Position numbers and translations under genes: made by a program. This document shows positions 60,407-64,000 of a DNA stretch of 64,000 nt, in pieces. The stretch is from a virus. Lineage: Duplodnaviria; Caudoviricetes. How positions within the stretch are numbered: the first letter of the stretch is position 1; the number at the start of each line of letters is the position of its first letter. The notes below the pieces were generated by a model. It searched no databases. It was not told the DNA's origin and saw only the letters and a program-made list of their open reading frames with translations. Where the stretch lies: IMG/VR virus record IMGVR_UViG_2808606779_000004, positions 688-64,687 of that record. One strand, 5' to 3'.

Positions 60407-62758
60407 TCAGTTGGCCTGCGGGACGATCGCATAGGCCCCCGCGTTATCCACGCGGAGGACGCCGCCGGCCCCGCACATCTTCCCGAGCTTGCGCAGGACG
60501 TGCGGCTGCTGCTTCTTGCTGCAGCGCCGCATGATCGCTGCCGCCGTGGGCGTCTGGTGCTTCGACTGGAGCTGCCCGATGACCACGACGATGCGCGCCC
60601 CGAGGTCCATGTCGAACTGGGTGGCCGCCGCGTCCTCGGCGAGCTTGGCGGTGGCGCGCTGGATTCCCTGCTCCTCGCCCTTCGCCTCCGCTGCTGCCTT
60701 GCCCGCGCGGGTAGCACGGGCCTTCGTCCGTCGCATGCACAGCTCGCGGAGCTGCATCACGATGCCGGCCGCCTCCCAGTGCGTATCGGTCGGCTGCTCC
60801 AGCCCGTCCATGATCGCGAGCAGGGCCATGATCTTCAGCCGCATGAACGTCGAGTGGCCGAGCAACTTCATGACCTCGTCCTCCTCGTCGTCGTCACCCT
60901 CGCCGTACGGGTCGTCGTCCACCTGCAGTGCCTCGAGCTCCGCCTCGATGAAGCGGCGGGCGGCGGTCGGCCACTCGATCCACTGCGGCTCCGGCTCGGG
61001 GGCGACGTAGTTGCCGACCGTCGAGATCTCCGGCTCCGTCGTGATCACCGGCGGCCGGTACCCGTTGGGCAGCCCGACGTGCTCCGGCGTCGGCTCCGAC
61101 TGGTACGCGAGATCGAGCGGTCCCGGGATCGGCTTCCCGTTCGGCTTCCTGCGGGTGCATGGCGCCCAGTGGATGCGCTGTGGGGTTCCGCGGTTGCCCT
61201 CTTCCCACAGCGCCACCGTCGCCTCCGGCTGGCAGCCGAGCAGGGCACCGAGACGGTAGGTGTGCGGGAGCAGCTTCGTGCGCAGCTCCACGTTGCCGGT
61301 GGTGGTGCCGACCATGGCGCCCATCCACATCGACCGCCACATCGACGCGAACTTCGTGCCCTGTCGGCACATCTCCGCGAAGACCGCGTCGACCTCGTCG
61401 GCCGCCATCAGGACCTGCTCGGCCATCCGCTCGAACTCGTACGTGTAGTAGGCGTCCTCGCCGTTGCCGTGCTTCTCGCGACGCATGAACCCGAACGACT
61501 TCACGATGCCCTCGCCGGTCCCCTCCGGGATGAGGGCGTCGTCCGAGAGCGGCACCAGGTAGGCGCCGGCATCCGCCGCCTCGGTCTTGCCGGCGTTCGG
61601 CTTGCCGACCAACGCCGCGTAGAAGTTCAGCGAACCGCCCTGCCGCGCCGTTCCGCGCATCCCGCTCGCGGTGAGCAGACGCACGTGTGGTCCCACTGCG
61701 ACGGAGGTGCGGGTCAGAGTGACGGCGAGGACGCCCTGCCGGCCCGCGCCGAGGGCATCGGCGACCTCAGCAGTACGGCGCAGCCCCGCGGTCATGCCGA
61801 ACAGCTTCGCCTCGAGGGGCGCCACCTCCTCGCGCCAGTTCGACTTCCGCTTCGGGGGCTCCGGCTCAGCCACCTGCACCCGATGCTGCGGCCAGGTCCG
61901 CATCGCGGCGAGCTGCTGTTCCATGGAGTCGGCGAGACCGTTGTGGTCGCGACTCCGCATCGCTGCAGCCTGCTCCTCGAGCTCGACGAGGCCCGGAGCC
62001 TCGCCCGGGAGTGCGGGGCGCGTGGCGGCCTTGGCTTCCGCCAGGCGCGCCTCCAGGTGAGCCTGCACCGTGGCAGTGTTGCCGAGGTCCACCCCGTCGA
62101 GCACCTTGTCGTACTCCGCTGCGGTCACTACAGAGCGGAGCTCCTCGAACAGAGGGTCTAGGTTCGCGGTTCCGTTAGCCGCGAGGCCCTCCGCCTCTGC
62201 TGCGTCGCGGTCGGCCTGTGTCACGGCTGCGAGCGGGCCCGCGGCGGCGAGCACACGGTCCTCGGCCTCCCACTCCATGGTGTCCCGCAGGCCGGCCTCG
62301 CTGACGCCACGCAGCGCGGCACCGAGCGTCACGGCGGTGACGAGCACGTTGGGCACGAGGTCGAACTCGGCACAGAAGTCGTTGCCATGCGGCTGCGCCT
62401 GCCCCGCGACGCCCTGCGCGCACCCGTTGACGTGCAGCACGATCGCCGCGTTGCCTGGGCACCTGCAGTAGCCGCCTTCCACCGCGACCAGAGGATCGAG
62501 ACCGACGTGCGTAGGGATGAACCGGCTCCACGCGTTGAGGCTTGCCGGCGGCGCGGGAGTCCATGGAGGAGCCGCGGGGCCGACCATCTCCATGATCCGA
62601 GCGTCAGCCTCGTCCGCGAGATGCTCCAGCGACTGCAGCTGCTCAGGGGTGAACTTGCCCGACGCCACGGCGCCGTCGTAGTGCACGCGCTCGGCGGTGA
62701 GAGGGATCGGCGTGTCGCGTTCGGCGCTTGCGTCGGCGATTCCGACAGGTACAGTCAT
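60407..62758 (-). CDS. DUF3987/YfjI-like P-loop protein (replicative helicase-like)
   Basis: GSLNFYAALVGKPNAGKT (Walker A), GTGEG, ADEVD (Walker B), YRL...GCQP, GTPQR. Confidence 0.8.
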   Translation of the reverse strand: MTVPVGIADASAERDTPIPLTAERVHYDGAVASGKFTPEQLQSLEHLADEADARIMEMVGPAAPPWTPAPPASLNAWSRFIPTHVGLDPLVAVEGGYCRCPGNAAIVLHVNGCAQGVAGQAQPHGNDFCAEFDLVPNVLVTAVTLGAALRGVSEAGLRDTMEWEAEDRVLAAAGPLAAVTQADRDAAEAEGLAANGTANLDPLFEELRSVVTAAEYDKVLDGVDLGNTATVQAHLEARLAEAKAATRPALPGEAPGLVELEEQAAAMRSRDHNGLADSMEQQLAAMRTWPQHRVQVAEPEPPKRKSNWREEVAPLEAKLFGMTAGLRRTAEVADALGAGRQGVLAVTLTRTSVAVGPHVRLLTASGMRGTARQGGSLNFYAALVGKPNAGKTEAADAGAYLVPLSDDALIPEGTGEGIVKSFGFMRREKHGNGEDAYYTYEFERMAEQVLMAADEVDAVFAEMCRQGTKFASMWRSMWMGAMVGTTTGNVELRTKLLPHTYRLGALLGCQPEATVALWEEGNRGTPQRIHWAPCTRRKPNGKPIPGPLDLAYQSEPTPEHVGLPNGYRPPVITTEPEISTVGNYVAPEPEPQWIEWPTAARRFIEAELEALQVDDDPYGEGDDDEEDEVMKLLGHSTFMRLKIMALLAIMDGLEQPTDTHWEAAGIVMQLRELCMRRTKARATRAGKAAAEAKGEEQGIQRATAKLAEDAAATQFDMDLGARIVVVIGQLQSKHQTPTAAAIMRRCSKKQQPHVLRKLGKMCGAGGVLRVDNAGAYAIVPQAN

Positions 62759-62838
62759 GAGCGTTCTCCTGTTGTGGTGACGGGGGCAAAGCAAAGTGAT
62801 TGGGCCGGCCGGTAACCGGCCCTTTCGCATGTCTGGGG

Positions 62839-63207
62839 TCAGGCGACGTCGAGATCGACGGGCACCTGCACCTCCTCGACGCGGACGCCCGGATACTGCG
62901 CGCGCAGCTCTCTCGCGATGGCGCCCTTGCCGGAGCCGGTCGGACCGATGATCACGAAGTAGTCCTTGCTGTGGTCGCTGTGCGCCGCGCCCAGCACCTC
63001 CGCCTGTCGGCGCGGCTTGCTTAGGAACCCGTCCAGGTCGCTGCGGCGGACGCGCCACTGGCGGCCGACCTTGGTGGCGGGGATGACGTTGGTGCGCAGC
63101 AGCTTGAATGCCGTGTTCAGGTGCACGCGCAGGTACTCGGCCGTCTCCTCAGCGGTGAGCACCGGATCGTTGGTCTCGATCTCAGCGGGGGTCATGGTCT
63201 CGGTCAT
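62839..63207 (-). CDS. Xis-like HTH protein with a C-terminal Walker-A-like segment
   Basis: VLTAEETAEYLRVH...IPATKVGRQWRV; then VIIGPTGSGKG. Confidence 0.75.
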   Translation of the reverse strand: MTETMTPAEIETNDPVLTAEETAEYLRVHLNTAFKLLRTNVIPATKVGRQWRVRRSDLDGFLSKPRRQAEVLGAAHSDHSKDYFVIIGPTGSGKGAIARELRAQYPGVRVEEVQVPVDLDVA

Positions 63208-63552
63208 GGTGTGGTCTCCTCGTAGCCGTTGGCGCTTGTTGTCGTTTGCTGTGATGTCTACCGTACTGGCCGTATCCACCTCTGTCGACAGCAAACACGC
63301 AGGTAAAGACAATTTTCTGGACCGCCGCCGTCGAATTGGATAGTTAGCTGTGTCAAGCAGACCGGCGCGACACGCCGCGACAGCTCACGAATCCGCAGGT
63401 CAAAAACTTCACTACACATCCCGTTGCGCCACAACGATTCTCGGAAACGGAGAATCGGGCCGGGCGTCCCTCGATCCCACCTGTTGAGATACGCGAACGC
63501 GCCTGTGCCCCCGACCGAAACAGCCGGGGGCGCAGTGCGGATCGTGTTCGGC

Positions 63553-63681
63553 TCAGATGTCGAGGTCGTCGCCGGGTCCGTCACCTGTGAAGTAGGTGAA
63601 CGGGTCACCGTCGCGCTCGGGGATGTCCATCCGCTCCCAGGTGCGGGCCTCAGAGCTGTCGGTGGTGTTGGGATCGGTCAT
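63553..63681 (-). CDS. Small hypothetical protein (42 aa)
   Basis: AAGGAGGAG RBS upstream of ATG; hairpin follows at about 63506-63532. Confidence 0.4.
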   Translation of the reverse strand: MTDPNTTDSSEARTWERMDIPERDGDPFTYFTGDGPGDDLDI

Positions 63682-63772
63682 CTTCTTCTCCTCCTTGTCG
63701 AGATGTTCGTTGTGGTCCGGCGGACCCGGCACCCCACATCGCTGCCGACATGGAGCACCGCCGCTCGTCGGA

Positions 63773-64000
63773 TCAGCGATCCCCGGCGTCCAGCGCCGCG
63801 TCGCGGAAGTAGCTGCGGACGGCGTGCAGCAGGTCGTGCAGGTCGCCGGAGTCGGTCCCGTACAACGTGGAGAGCGTGTCGGCCTGCATGACCTGCTCCT
63901 CGTCGGTGGACCAGGCGCCGATCGCGGCACGAGCCTCGACGGCAGGCGGCAGGCCCGCCGTGTTCCAGCGCTCGTCGACGGTGGTGATGGTCTTGATCAT
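63773..64000 (-). CDS. Hypothetical protein, possibly 5'-truncated by the window
   Basis: Open frame reaching the window edge. Confidence 0.4.
   Translation of the reverse strand: MIKTITTVDERWNTAGLPPAVEARAAIGAWSTDEEQVMQADTLSTLYGTDSGDLHDLLHAVRSYFRDAALDAGDR

Larger units (their letters stand above)
42597..64000. mobile_element. Integrative island/satellite-like element at tRNA-Phe, continuing beyond the window
   Basis: Int and Xis beside the tRNA 3' end, defence cargo, resolvase, iteron origin, DUF3987-like helicase; no host housekeeping genes. Confidence 0.88.

Noticed and set aside
42597-64000. Distal att of the island; capsid, terminase or conjugation genes
   Set aside because: No second copy of the tRNA-Phe 3' end and no such genes were noticed in the window.
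1-64000. Reverse transcriptase systems (DGR, retron, group II intron) and rRNA
   Set aside because: No RT motifs, template/variable repeat pair or rRNA-like sequence recognised.

Overview
High-GC actinobacterial DNA, most likely Mycobacterium/Mycolicibacterium, judged from the tRNA-Lys/Glu/Asp/Phe cluster and mycobacteriophage-type genes. Only about 0.5 kb (42091-42596, four tRNAs) is host chromosome; mobile elements flank it on both sides. LEFT (1-~42130): most of a siphoviral prophage on the minus strand, comprising repressor/cro switch, RecET, replication genes, WhiB, cos-like dyad, terminase, head and tail genes. It is integrated in the 3' half of tRNA-Lys(UUU), and its repressor ORF runs into the tRNA and stops on the antisense of the anticodon loop, the hallmark of integration-dependent immunity. 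A counter-oriented toxin-antitoxin-like operon sits between terminase and portal. The tail chaperones look like duplicated genes rather than a frameshift pair. At the far left a tyrosine-recombinase element with 16-bp repeats appears to have inserted into the last visible minor-tail gene. RIGHT (~42597 to beyond 64000): an integrative island at tRNA-Phe with Int/Xis, a DUF3644-like HEPN gene, a lipoprotein serine protease plus ESX-substrate-like pair, a resolvase, and a candidate defence operon (UDG-fold and HhH-fold glycosylase-like genes, Abi/HEPN-like gene, type III Mod/Res). It also has a SaPI-like origin with inverted CGCGGTC iterons next to a DUF3987-like helicase. All family assignments come from motif recognition by eye; no searches were run. 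Many start codons were re-chosen by eye and are approximate.
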